DNA of 63,242 bases, counting the filler, from Thraustochytrium aureum (taxonomy: Eukaryota), in assembly GCA_012862495.1 (NCBI GenBank). It is 4 parts of 4 records of this genome, joined end to end, with 100 filler letters (N's around TTAATTAATTAA, not from the genome) between each part and the next. Parts side by side here need not be neighbours in the genome. Positions count along the whole stretch, not along the records: positions 1 to 14,748 come from BLSG01000052.1; positions 14,849 to 32,547 come from BLSG01000053.1; 2 more parts are not named here. The stretch is one strand, 5' to 3'. The position numbers and the translations under genes were made by a program. The notes under the pieces are model-generated. The model searched no databases and was not told the DNA's origin. It was given only the letters and a program-made list of their open reading frames with translations. Of this stretch, positions 11,410 through 22,843 are shown one piece after another. Each line of letters opens with the position of its first letter. Position 1 is the first letter of the stretch.

Positions 11410-12112
11410 ATGGGGGCCAACGGCCAGGAAGGCGTGCTGGTGATGCTTGACGGCGACGGCGGACGGCACGCGCACCACGAGGACGAGGATGACCTGCGCG
11501 ATGATGGCGAGCTCAGCTTGAGCAAGTCGCTCTCCGGGCAAATAGGTTCGCTCGTGAGGTGGGTCAGCGACAGCCTGGCGGGGAGCAACTATGAGACCAA
11601 ACTGCTGGACAACCTCCGGCGCTCGACGATGTTCAAATACTGCTCGGAGCGGTCCCGACTCGGGCTTGCGAGCGCCATGGAGCTAGAAACGTTCAAGAAG
11701 GGCGACGTGCTGATGATCCAGTCCGAGCCGCAGACCTCGGCCGTGATCATCATCGAGGGCCAAGTCGCTCGCCTCCGCATCTTGGACAACCAGCTCCACC
11801 ACATGGGCACGATGGGAAGCGGGGGGAGCGGGGCTACAATCGGCATGCTCCACCTGCTGCGCGAAGAAAAGACCTACTCCACCGTGCGCGCACTGACGGA
11901 CGGGGTGTGCTTTCGAATCCAGGCAGACGTGTTTCGCGAGTTGCTTGAGGAGTCGCCAGAGTTTGCGCAGGAGGTCATCTTTTCGCTCTGCCGCGAGGTG
12001 CGCGCCCACACGCGCATCCAGCGGACGCCGCTGTTTTTGCAGTCCGGCAAAGCGATGCCAGCCGAGCCGCTGCCCTGGTTTGCAATTTCCTGCGCTGCGG
12101 CAATCGAGTCCT
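11410..12112 (+). CDS. Cyclic-nucleotide-binding (cNMP/CAP-ED) domain protein, 3' part in gap
   Basis: LRRSTMF...MELETFKKGDVLMIQSEP...IIIEGQV...ATIGML...STVRALTDGVCFRI..DVFRELLEESPE is the classic cNMP-binding pattern. Confidence 0.85.
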
Positions 12113-12847
12113 NNNNNNNNNNNNNNNNNNNNNNNNNNNNNNNNNNNNNNNNNNNNNNNNNNNNNNNNNNNNNNNNNNNNNNNNNNNNNNNNNNNNNNNN
12201 NNNNNNNNNNNNNNNNNNNNNNNNNNNNNNNNNNNNNNNNNNNNNNNNNNNNNNNNNNNNNNNNNNNNNNNNNNNNNNNNNNNNNNNNNNNNNNNNNNNN
12301 NNNNNNNNNNNNNNNNNNNNNNNNNNNNNNNNNNNNNNNNNNNNNNNNNNNNNNNNNNNNNNNNNNNNNNNNNNNNNNNNNNNNNNNNNNNNNNNNNNNN
12401 NNNNNNNNNNNNNNNNNNNNNNNNNNNNNNNNNNNNNNNNNNNNNNNNNNNNNNNNNNNNNNNNNNNNNNNNNNNNNNNNNNNNNNNNNNNNNNNNNNNN
12501 NNNNNNNNNNNNNNNNNNNNNNNNNNNNNNNNNNNNNNNNNNNNNNNNNNNNNNNNNNNNNNNNNNNNNNNNNNNNNNNNNNNNNNNNNNNNNNNNNNNN
12601 NNNNNNNNNNNNNNNNNNNNNNNNNNNNNNNNNNNNNNNNNNNNNNNNNNNNNNNNNNNNNNNNNNNNNNNNNNNNNNNNNNNNNNNNNNNNNNNNNNNN
12701 NNNNNNNNNNNNNNNNNNNNNNNNNNNNNNNNNNNNNNNNNNNNNNNNNNNNNNNNNNNNNNNNNNNNNNNNNNNNNNNNNNNNNNNNNNNNNNNNNNNN
12801 NNNNNNNNNNNNNNNNNNNNNNNNNNNNNNNNNNNNNNNNNNNNNNN

Positions 12848-13485
12848 GTGCGCTCCTCTAGCTCCTCCACCGGGTAGGCGCGCGTGGAAAACCCGCGCGT
12901 CACAGATGTCGGCCCGTCCATAGTCTCGGCGAGGAGCATGATTGAGAGCGCGTTTCGCATGCCGCACATCCACGGGTAGATTTGCAGGTCCGGAAGCCCC
13001 ATGTTGCGCCCCTCGGGGTACCCGATGCGCACGTCCTCCGCGGCGTAGACGATGTCGCAGGCTGCCGCGAGCTCCATGCCGCTTCCCAAGCAGTCCCCGT
13101 GGATCTGCGCGATCACGGGCTTGCCGAGGTCCATGATGCTGAACCACGTCTCGACAATGTTGCGGCTGATCTGCCCGTCCGATTCGTTCGTAAAGAACGG
13201 CAGCGTGCCGCGCGAGCGCGCCACGTCCTGCCCCGAGCAAAAGTGCTCGCCAGCGCCCCGAATAATCGTCACCCGCACATCGGGGTCCTGGTCGTTCAGC
13301 TGGAGCTGGTTGAGCAGCTGCGCGCGCATCACATGGCCCATGCGGTTATTCTCCCCCGGCCGAGCCAGCGTGATCCGCGAGACGAACTGCCTCGGGCTAT
13401 CGACCTCGATCTCCGCGGGCGCCTCCAGCAGGCTGGCATAGTCCTGCATGGTGTACATGCGCTTCTTGCTCAGTTGGGCCGCCAT
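12848..13485 (-). CDS. Enoyl-CoA hydratase/isomerase (crotonase) family protein, 3' end in gap
   Basis: RITLARP..NR; IIRGAGEHFCSGQD; KPVIAQIHGDCLGSGMELAAACDIVYAAEDVRIGYPE. Confidence 0.9.
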
Positions 13486-14748
13486 GATCTCCTCCTCCCT
13501 ATCTCGTCGCGGTCGGTCGCTCCACCTGCTGCACTTGCTCGACACAGGCACGGACACGGAGCGATCTTCGCTTCAAAACCTCGTCAATGGCCGCCGAGCG
13601 TTCAACGCGACTTGCCAATCGTGTCTGCCGCTCTCGTGCGTCACAACTCATCCGCAAGTGTCATCAATCAACCACTTGCACGAGACTCCACTGCGTCTGC
13701 CTGTCTGTCTGCTCCCGCAAGTCCTATCCTCCACCACCCTAACCCGCGCCCTAACCCACTCCAACGGACCTCTTCGCCGTCCAGGGCCTCCCGGGTGACG
13801 GCGAGTCACCGTTTGGACGGAGAGAGTACGTCACGTAGGCCTGTTCGTGATGGGGCGGACGTGCTCGCGGGACAGGCGCAACCTTTGCGACGATGCGAGG
13901 CGCTCGAGCCGTGTTTACCCGGACTCGGCCAGCGTTTGTACAGCCGCCTGCAGTTCTGCCGTGTCGCGGAGCGAACGTGTGCGTTTGCCGCACGGGCGGG
14001 CGTCTTACGTTTGTCCGTAGACTCTAGTGCTCTTGCTTTGCGCTCCACGAGTACTCCAAGTACCTACTTGCGCTACGACTCCAGCGCCGCTCCGCGAACG
14101 AACAGCCGTGCGAGCCAGGCCGTGTGACGTTCGCAACCACATGCTGACGAACCGTACTCCAGGCTGCTCCATCGTTTGGCGTCTCGCCACCACCGGCACA
14201 GGCAGGCCGACATCGGAGACATCGTGTCCACAAACGTCACACGACTCACGACTCGCGACGTCCACTGGCAGATCAACCCTTGACCGTCAGTACACGGCTC
14301 CCTGTTCAGCCATTCGTGGACCCTCGAGCGCTGCGCGGCGCGTCGCTGTCACCGTCCCGAGCTGCCGCTTGCCGATGCAAGTCCTTCTCGAGGCAGGCGA
14401 ACTCCACAGCGAGAGTAGAGCGCTCCTCGGCATTCTTACTCCCCTCGCGCACAATGTCGTGCGAGGTCCTGCCACGGCACTTGCACGAGAAGGTCTCCTG
14501 CATTGGCTTCGGCAGTCACCAAACGTCGCGTGGGGACACTGGAAAACGCCGACCTCGCGGAGACCGTGGCGCGCGCACATCTCAGCTGGGAGACTCTTAC
14601 GGGAGCGAGCGGGAAGAGCATCGTTGTTGACCTCATTGGCCGCAACGCCACGTACGCGAGCTGCCGACGAAGGCGGCCGCCGAAACGCGGAAACGACGCC
14701 GTGGGAGCGCGGCGTGTTGCCCGAGCTGAAGAATGATTGCTGACGAGC

Positions 14749-14848
14749 NNNNNNNNNNNNNNNNNNNNNNNNNNNNNNNNNNNNNNNNNNNNTTAATTAA
14801 TTAANNNNNNNNNNNNNNNNNNNNNNNNNNNNNNNNNNNNNNNNNNNN
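14749..14848. other. Artificial scaffold linker (N-TTAATTAATTAA-N)
   Basis: Six-frame stop 12-mer embedded in N runs; identical at 32592 and 60876. Confidence 0.95.
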
Positions 14849-16560
14849 GCTGTGGCTTTCTCGTGCGATGGCGACCGCATCGTTTCGGGGAGCGGGGACA
14901 ATACCGTCCGCATCTGGGACGTCCGCACTGGGCAAGAGCTTTTGCGGCTCGAGGGGCACACCGCTGGTGTCAATGCCGTGGTCCTTTCGCGCGACTGCGA
15001 GCGCATCGTGTCGGGGAGCTCTGACAGGACCGTCCGCATGTGGGACGCCTGTACTGGGCAGGAGCTCCAGCGGCTCGAGGGGCACTCTGCTGGTGCCAAT
15101 GCCGTGGCTCTCTCGCACGACGGAGATAGCATCGTTTCGGGGAGCCACGACAATACCGTCCGCATCTGGAATGCCGAAATCGGGGCAGGAGCTCCGGCGG
15201 CTGGAGGGGCACACCGGAGGTGTCATGGCCGTGGCCATCTCGCGCGACGGCGGCCGCATCGTTTCGGGCAGCAAAGACAGGACCGTCCGCATCTGGGACC
15301 CCCGTACTGGGCAGGAGCTTCGGCGGCTCGAGGGGCACACCGATGTTGTTCTAGCCCTGGCCCTCTCGTGCGACGGCGACCGCATTGTTTCGGGGAGCTC
15401 CGACAGTACCGTCCGCTTCTGGGACGGCAAATCGGGGCAGGAGCTCCGGCGGCTTGAGGGCGACACTGATAGTGTCAATGCCGTGGCCCTCTCGCGCGAT
15501 GGCGAACGCATCGTTTCGGGGAGCGACGACAAGACGATCCGTACCTGGGACGCCAAGACCGGGCAGGAGCTCCGGCATCGCGAGGGACACACGTCGTGGG
15601 TCTACGCCGTGGCTCTCGCACGGAACGGGGACCGCATCATTTCGGGGAGCGACGACAACACCGTACGGATCTGGGATGCCAAGAGCGGGCAGGAGCTCTT
15701 GCGGCTCGAGGGACACGACCAACAGAGTTAGGGCCGTAGCCCTGTCACGCGATGGTGAGCGCGTCGTTTCTGGAAGCGACGACAACACCGTGCGGGTTTG
15801 GGACTCCAAGAGCGGCCAGGAGATCTGGCGGCTCGAGGGCCACACGGATTGTGTCAACGCTGTGGCTCTCGCGCGTGACGGGGAGCGCATTGTGTCGGGG
15901 AGCGACGACAGCACCATGCGGGTCTGGGATACGAAGACCGGGGAGGGGCTCCTGCAGCTCGAGGGACACACCAATTCTATCTCGGTTGTGGCCCTCTCGC
16001 GCAATTGCGACCGCATTGTTTCAGGTAGCTGGGACAACACTGTGCGAATCTGGGACGGCGGGACGGGCCAGGAGCTCTTCCGGTTGAGGGACACAGCGAT
16101 TGCGTCGATGCCGTGGCCTTCTCGAGCAAAGATGACCGCATCGTTTCGGGGAGCTGGGATATGTCTGTGCGGATTTGGGACGCAAGGACCGGGCAAGAGC
16201 TCCGGCGACTTGAGGGCCACAGCTCGTTTGTCAAGGACGTGGCTTTCTCGCACGATGACGAATGTATCGTTTCGCGCGACTATTCTGGTCATGTGCTCGC
16301 GTGGTTGACAGCGACGGGCGAATTAATACAGGACGGGGCCGCTGTGGCGGCTCTAGCGCAGGGGGTACTGCAGATGCCAGTCCTGGTAAATGGCGGTAGC
16401 ACGGTGACTGCGGTTCGCGGCGCCAGAGCAAATCGCTCGGCGGGGTTTACTTACGACTCTGCTCTCACGTCGAGCGTGGTAGTAGCAGACGGCTCATATG
16501 CAGCAGTGTTCGACGGTTCGCATCAGCTCTGCGTCCTGGAACTGATTGAGCCGAGCAATA
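14849..16560 (+). CDS. C-terminal part of a HET-E/NWD (NACHT-WD)-type protein with ~12 highly conserved 42-aa WD40 repeats; three 1-bp indels
   Basis: 126-bp periodic units encode LEGHTxxVxAVAxSxDGxRIVSGSxDxTVRIWDxxTGQELxR. Indels near 15176, 15717 and 16084. A degenerate last blade reads GFTYDSALTSSVVVADG...LCVLELIE. The listed ORF continues to 16895. Confidence 0.9.
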
Positions 16561-18050
16561 GGTGCTTGCTAGTAGCAGCAATTCAGCATTCCAGTCTCGC
16601 TAGGCTCAGGCTATTCCTTGTGCCAACTCCATCGGTGAACTTGAAGCGACTTCCGCGAGCATCCGACAATCCATGCACAACGCACCCACGCAACGTCAGC
16701 GCATCGTCAAAGCGCACTCCAATTTGGACTTTGTCGGCTCGTCGCAGGCCATCCGACCATCCCACTCGTTGTTGTGGCGATGGCATGGTTTACCTTTTCA
16801 CCCGTGTCGCACCGAGCGGTACCTCGCGCTCGTTGGTGCAAGATGTTTCCGCCGTACGAGTTCGCAGCCCCACGTCAGTGGCACACGCAGTCTAACCCAA
16901 GCGGCAACCTCTGCCAGTCCGCAGTTTCAATGTACTTTCTTTTTCTTTGCTCTCCGGCGTGCGGCGAATGTGTCTCGAAGCGCGCCAGTCAGCTACACCT
17001 CCGCGTTTCCTCGTGCGCTGGGATGCGCTACGCTAGCGCTGTTGCCCAACCCGACCCAACAAGGAAGGGCAGCGCCGTTTCGCTCATCTTTGAGCTCGCG
17101 CCTCCCCATCCGCACGGCGCTCTACCGATTGACTCTTTTAGCTTGCAGCCTTTAGCTTGCTGAGCGACGCCTCGCGCGCGAGCTCTCGAGCGAGGCAAGC
17201 GCGGAAGTTACTCGGCCCTGTCGAGCCAAGTCCAGGAGGCGCCAAAAACACCCTCTGGCGGAGCAGGTTCTGTTGAGTTGAGGTAGAGTAGGTACAATAG
17301 TACGGGGTACCGGGTACTCTGCCATCAACCCACGAGTGGTGGGTTGAAGTCATCATCGAGTACCGGNNNNNNNNNNNNNNNNNNNNNNNNNNNNNNNNNN
17401 NNNNNNNNNNNNNNNNNNNNNNNNNNNNNNNNNNNNNNNNNNNNNNNNNNNNNNNNNNNNNNNNNNNNNNNNNNNNNNNNNNNNNNNNNNNNNNNNNNNN
17501 NNNNNNNNNNNNNNNNNNNNNNNNNNNNNNNNNNNNNNNNNNNNNNNNNNNNNNNNNNNNNNNNNNNNNNNNNNNNNNNNNNNNNNNNNNNNNNNNNNNN
17601 NNNNNNNNNNNNNNNNNNNNNNNNNNNNNNNNNNNNNNNNNNNNNNNNNNNNNNNNNNNNNNNNNNNNNNNNNNNNNNNNNNNNNNNNNNNNNNNNNNNN
17701 NNNNNNNNNNNNNNNNNNNNNNNNNNNNNNNNNNNNNNNNNNNNNNNNNNNNNNNNNNNNNNNNNNNNNNNNNNNNNNNNNNNNNNNNNNNNNNNNNNNN
17801 NNNNNNNNNNNNNNNNNNNNNNNNNNNNNNNNNNNNNNNNNNNNNNNNNNNNNNNNNNNNNNNNNNNNNNNNNNNNNNNNNNNNNNNNNNNNNNNNNNNN
17901 NNNNNNNNNNNNNNNNNNNCATTTCCAAGTTGGCCAGCGCTGTGCAGACCCCCAACGCGAAGCTACATACACAACAGCAGGAGCAGAGAAAGCAACGCCG
18001 TTCGATCTCGTGCAGCGCCTTGACCAACCGCAAAAGCGTCCAGCAGCAAG

Positions 18051-18425
18051 ATGGCCGGCGCTGAAAACGGGTTCGACGTAAACAGGTCGCAAGTGGCCGA
18101 CACAACTCTCGCGTTCTTCCTAGCTTCACCAGTATCGGAGGACCTGTCGACCGTGCCTGGGATTGGGCCAGCGGCCATCGCGAACCTCGCCAATGCGACG
18201 GAGAGCGACCCGGCTATCACCTCGACCCATCAGCTCCTCGGCAAGTTCCTGATGCTCAAGGGTGCGGGCGTTTCAGAGAAGGAACACTGTGACAAAATGT
18301 GGAATTGGCTCAAGGATCGCAAGATCAACGCGTTCCGCTCCGGGATCGTGCACAGCCTGGCCATGAAGACCAACATCATGATCCCTGGCTTGTACAGCTG
18401 TGTCGGCAGCGAGAACGAGGCCTAG
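18051..18425 (+). CDS. Barrier-to-autointegration factor (BAF)-like HhH DNA-binding protein
   Basis: 124 aa. FLASPVSEDLSTVPGIGPAAIANL...HQLLGKFLMLK...MWNWLKD parallels BAF FVAEPM..LAGIG..VVLGQFLVLK..FREWLKD. Confidence 0.7.
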   Translation: MAGAENGFDVNRSQVADTTLAFFLASPVSEDLSTVPGIGPAAIANLANATESDPAITSTHQLLGKFLMLKGAGVSEKEHCDKMWNWLKDRKINAFRSGIVHSLAMKTNIMIPGLYSCVGSENEA

Positions 18426-18521
18426 GCGTCCCCAGCGGTTCTCGCGCTCTAGCTTCAAACCCTACTCTAGGATAGAACAAACAAAACAGAGACGCCCGCT
18501 ATCCTCTATTGCTGCAGTTTG

Positions 18522-20459
18522 TCAGAATAGCCACCGGCTGTCTGCTGCACAAAAGTAGTTTAGGACTTCCCATCGCAACCTGCACGGCTCACCATCCATT
18601 TCAGAACGCCGAGCGCGACGAGCCGGGATCCTCTCGATAAAAACGTCTTGGCCCGCCCGCTCCAGCCACATTTCGCACCTGTTTGCATCGGCACCGCGCG
18701 CACCATCTCTCGTGCGCGAGAGTGAGCATGATCGCGCCGACGCAAGCACCGAGCCCTTTTCATTGAAAGAAAAGTTTGAGGTGGGGGACTTGCGCGACTT
18801 TGACTTTTGAGGAGATGACGCGACCGGCGAGGCGGACGAAGCTGCGCGAGGGCGTTGGTCCTTCGGCCGAGATCTCGGGTACCGCCCTGAACGAGTGTTC
18901 GTCCCTGACCTGATAGCCAGGCGCTTGCCAAAAGCCTTTGATTCTGTGTCCAGGACCGGGCCACTACGAGTGCGGACTCCAAAACCCGACTGGGAAAGGG
19001 CTAAGTTGTTGACCTCATGTCGGAAAGCTCCGACCCACCGAGTGAAAAGGCTCACGAAGGCGGTATGGAATGCGATGGCGTTCGAGCGCGAACAGGTCGC
19101 CCTCGCGTGCCCCAGGAGGGTCGCGAGCGGGCCGCTCAGAAGGGACTCGGCGCCTTTCGCATTCTCCGGTTGAGCCGCAAGGTCATCCAAGGTACTCTCC
19201 AGAGCCGCCAGAGCGGCAAAGACCCCGTCGCGATGCGAGGAAAACGTCGGCTCGACGAGGGCATACGCCAAAGCGATCAGGTAGACTGCATCCCGGAGGA
19301 AGTTACCGACCTCAGCGTAAGAGGCGAACTCGAGGGAGTCCAAGAATCGCCCGTTCAAAGGACCACCAGGACCTGTGAACTTGAAGTTCAGAGTTTGGGT
19401 CCACGTGTCGTCCGCGTGGATGCTATTAAGGGCAATCAAGGCAGACTGCGGGGCGGACGCGAAACGGGAGAATCCCATTTCTGGAGACCACTTACCGTAA
19501 ACCGCAAGCCAGTCCGCCGACATCGTCACCCGAGGGCGCGTGGGCGGAAGACTAGGGCGGGCCCCTGGCAGGTCCTCATCGTGCCCAAAGGCGTCGTCCA
19601 CAACGGCGATCGCCGCGTCATCTGGGCTGGTCAGGAGGTCCTGAGCATGTGGTCCGGCTGGACCAAGAGCGGGCAGGCCCGAGGCGCGAGCTGCACGGAG
19701 ACGGGCATTCTCCTGACGCAAAGCGGAGATTTCCGCTGCGAGGTCGGGGACCGAGGCCGGCGGATGTGGTCCACCTTGGGCCCCATCAGGACGCGCAATC
19801 TCGGGGCGAGGGGGTTGGTCTGGGCCATGAACAACCCCCGGGGGAGCGTGCGGAACTGGCGCCGGGTCTAGGGCGATACCCGCGACTTCTGGCTGCGCTG
19901 CTCCGCCGCGTGGAACCCACGGCCCGTTATCAACCGGGTGGGTGGCTCGTCGTTGGAGGACCAGATTGTAGTCCTTCTTGATGAAGCTGGGGGCATGGGC
20001 CTGTTCCCAAGCGTCCGGGAGAGAAGCGAAACCCGCGATCAGAAGATCTGTAAGGTGTTGGAAAACCGGCACGGTTCTCGTTGCAACCGAATTGGCGTAC
20101 GTCCAGTGGCAGCAGATTGTCAAACACCAACGGGAAGAGGATGGTGTTGACCTTCTTGGCTTGAACTGGAAGGCCTAAAGCTGTGACGCGCGGAGGAGGG
20201 CGCCAAAGTTCAGCTCCGGCCCCCCGAATTGGCGTAGGCTCGTGGCTTTCCGGCAGAGCTGGACCTCATGAATGAGACCTAGCACGTCTGCTGAGAGCGG
20301 GGCCAGGTGCACACCAGGCAGCGCCGCAGCGCCTGCAGGCGCGGCCGGTGGCGCAGGGGCTGCATGAGCCGCTAGGTTTGCGACAATCTGCTGCTCGATC
20401 ACCGGAGTCATAGCTGCCAGTACCTGTTGTACGAGCTGTGGAACGTTGACACCCGCCAT
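18522..20459 (-). mobile_element. Possible gag/ORF1-like retroelement ORF (disrupted near 20095-20180), otherwise an unknown protein
   Basis: Pro/Ala-rich N-terminus, short coiled coil (LAAEISALRQENARLR), helical core and Arg/Ser/Lys-rich tail. Lies between two convergent host genes. No RT motif seen. Confidence 0.35.
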
Positions 20460-20858
20460 AATTTTAAAATCGGCCCTTTCGCACCAGGAAGGGGTGGGGT
20501 TTCGGTTTCCTTGCAGCTAGCCGGCTGCGTCGCTCCCGCGCCCTTAGCCTTGCTGCCGTGTGGGCGTTCCGCGCTCGAACGTCCAGTTGCGGGTTTGGTC
20601 CGTCATGCTGACCACGACCGGCTGGCTACCTCGGCGTTTGTTTCTTCTTGGGACGATTTCCCCACTGCCCGAGTGGGGAGAAAACGTCCCACTGCGCAGA
20701 GCACCGCCGCGTACCGACCGGGCCCACGGCCGCCTGCTTGCTCACTGCAGGAAAGCTCAGTTCGCCCAAGGGCAACAACGATTTAGATTTGCTTTTTTTT
20801 CTCTCGGCTGGGCGGCATGCGAATGCGGTCGAGTGGGGATGCACGCGGTGTTCGTGCT

Positions 20859-22106
20859 CTACTTTCCACGGGTTTGCGTGCGCCAGACCGCCTTGAGGGC
20901 CGCACCGGTGGCAAAGACGACGGTGAGCGTCGCCACCGGATTCCAGTAGCACGGCTCCACAACGGCAAAGCAGACCAGGTCAACAAGAGCGCCGTACGCA
21001 GCCGGCCCGAGAGCGGCGAGCAGCAGTCGGAGGAGCGAGCTCACCAGTGCCCAAATCGACAGTACAAGGCCCGAGGCGAGCCAGACGTGGTCAATCAAAC
21101 ACGAGGCTTGAACCCCTCCGACCATGAGCTTGAGGCTCTGCGTGTAAGGCGTGTACAGCCCAACAGAGTCGACAATCTCGTTGTCTTGAACCTGGACGAG
21201 CTCGGACGACTCGTCCAGAACGAAATCGCCCTGGCNNNNNNNNNNNNNNNNNNNNNNNNNNNNNNNNNNNNNNNNNNNNNNNNNNNNNNNNNNNNNNNNN
21301 NNNNNNNNNNNNNNNNNNNNNNNNNNNNNNNNNNNNNNNNNNNNNNNNNNNNNNNNNNNNNNNNNNNNNNNNNNNNNNTGAAGCGTCTTTTTCAAGTCTT
21401 CCTCCTTGACCGTCCCAGGCATAGGCCTCGCCATCGCCCTTGAACGTTGCCATAATCGTGTGGGTTCCCTTGCAGAAGAGCGTGATCTCGATGTCCACGG
21501 CAGCCACAGGCCCATTTGCGGTGCCCACGTTCCGGTGATTGAGCGCCCTCGTGGAGAACTCGCAGGCCTGAAGAGCGCCGTTCTCCACACTGACAACGGG
21601 CGTCACGCTGGTCAAGTAGGCTCCGCGCCCGTCATATCTCCCGCCATAGTAAAACTCCCAAGAAAACCAAATGTCGACAAGCCTCGTGCCAAACACATTA
21701 TCCCACCACCAGTGATTCCCAGAAAGCTTGCGGACTCCCTTGACCTCAGAGACACTGTCCCAATTGTATGCTTGTTGGGGGATCACGGCTGCTTCGATGG
21801 TGCGCTTGTTATAGGTGTCCTCGTTGCCGAGGAGTTCGATGAATTTCGAGCACAAGAGCTTGCAGACAAGCTTGAGGATTTCCAGCCCGGCGCTCCCAGC
21901 ACGGCTTGACTTGGCGCGCTCAACGATCGCGGTCGAGTTGTAGTTTTGAGCGGTGGCGCCAGGCTTGAGCTCAAACCATAGCTTGAGGTTCTCCTCTGTG
22001 AACGCGTCGCCGGCAATCTGAACGGGAAGCTTGCCGTCCGGGAACAGCTTGGCGAGTTCCTCCTGGCCGAGCTCGAGCGCCTTTTGCCAGTTCGCGACCG
22101 CCGTCG
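20859..22106 (-). CDS. Membrane-anchored beta-rich protein (gapped; 5' end missing)
   Basis: Beta-rich domain NVFGTRLVDIWFSWEFYYGGRYDGRGAYLTSV...NVGTANGPVAAVDI...FKGDG, followed after a gap by hydrophobic C-terminal helices. Confidence 0.6.
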
Positions 22107-22843
22107 NNNNNNNNNNNNNNNNNNNNNNNNNNNNNNNNNNNNNNNNNNNNNNNNNNNNNNNNNNNNNNNNNNNNNNNNNNNNNNNNNNNNNNNNNNNNNN
22201 NNNNNNNNNNNNNNNNNNNNNNNNNNNNNNNNNNNNNNNNNNNNNNNNNNNNNNNNNNNNNNNNNNNNNNNNNNNNNNNNNNNNNNNNNNNNNNNNNNNN
22301 NNNNNNNNNNNNNNNNNNNNNNNNNNNNNNNNNNNNNNNNNNNNNNNNNNNNNNNNNNNNNNNNNNNNNNNNNNNNNNNNNNNNNNNNNNNNNNNNNNNN
22401 NNNNNNNNNNNNNNNNNNNNNNNNNNNNNNNNNNNNNNNNNNNNNNNNNNNNNNNNNNNNNNNNNNNNNNNNNNNNNNNNNNNNNNNNNNNNNNNNNNNN
22501 NNNNNNNNNNNNNNNNNNNNCCGGCGGCTGGCTGCCGGTGCACCGACCGGCATGCACGCGCCACTGCAGGTCGAGGACCGGCAGGCACCGGCAGGCGAAG
22601 CCACACGGCTGCAAAGTGTGTACTTGGCTACCTGCACCAGCTGGCGAGGAGGACGGATCGATTCATCGTTCACTGTGTTGCGTCAATAGTCAAGGCGAGC
22701 GAGTCAAGATGCGGACTTGGATACTCGCGATTCGCGATCGAGACGCTGCGTGGACAGTGCTGCTGCTCGCATGCAGCTCTGGGGGGGGATGGGGACGCGC
22801 GCGACTGCGGCGGGAAAACGGAGGTCTCTTGGCTGTGAGTTGC

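Noticed and set aside
14793..14804. Palindromic TTAATTAATTAA occurring three times (also 32592 and 60876) as a biological site
   Set aside because: Always embedded in fixed-length N runs. It is an assembly spacer, so synteny across it is meaningless.
14849..16300. 126-bp periodicity as a repeat-spacer or satellite array
   Set aside because: Fully explained by coding WD40 repeats.
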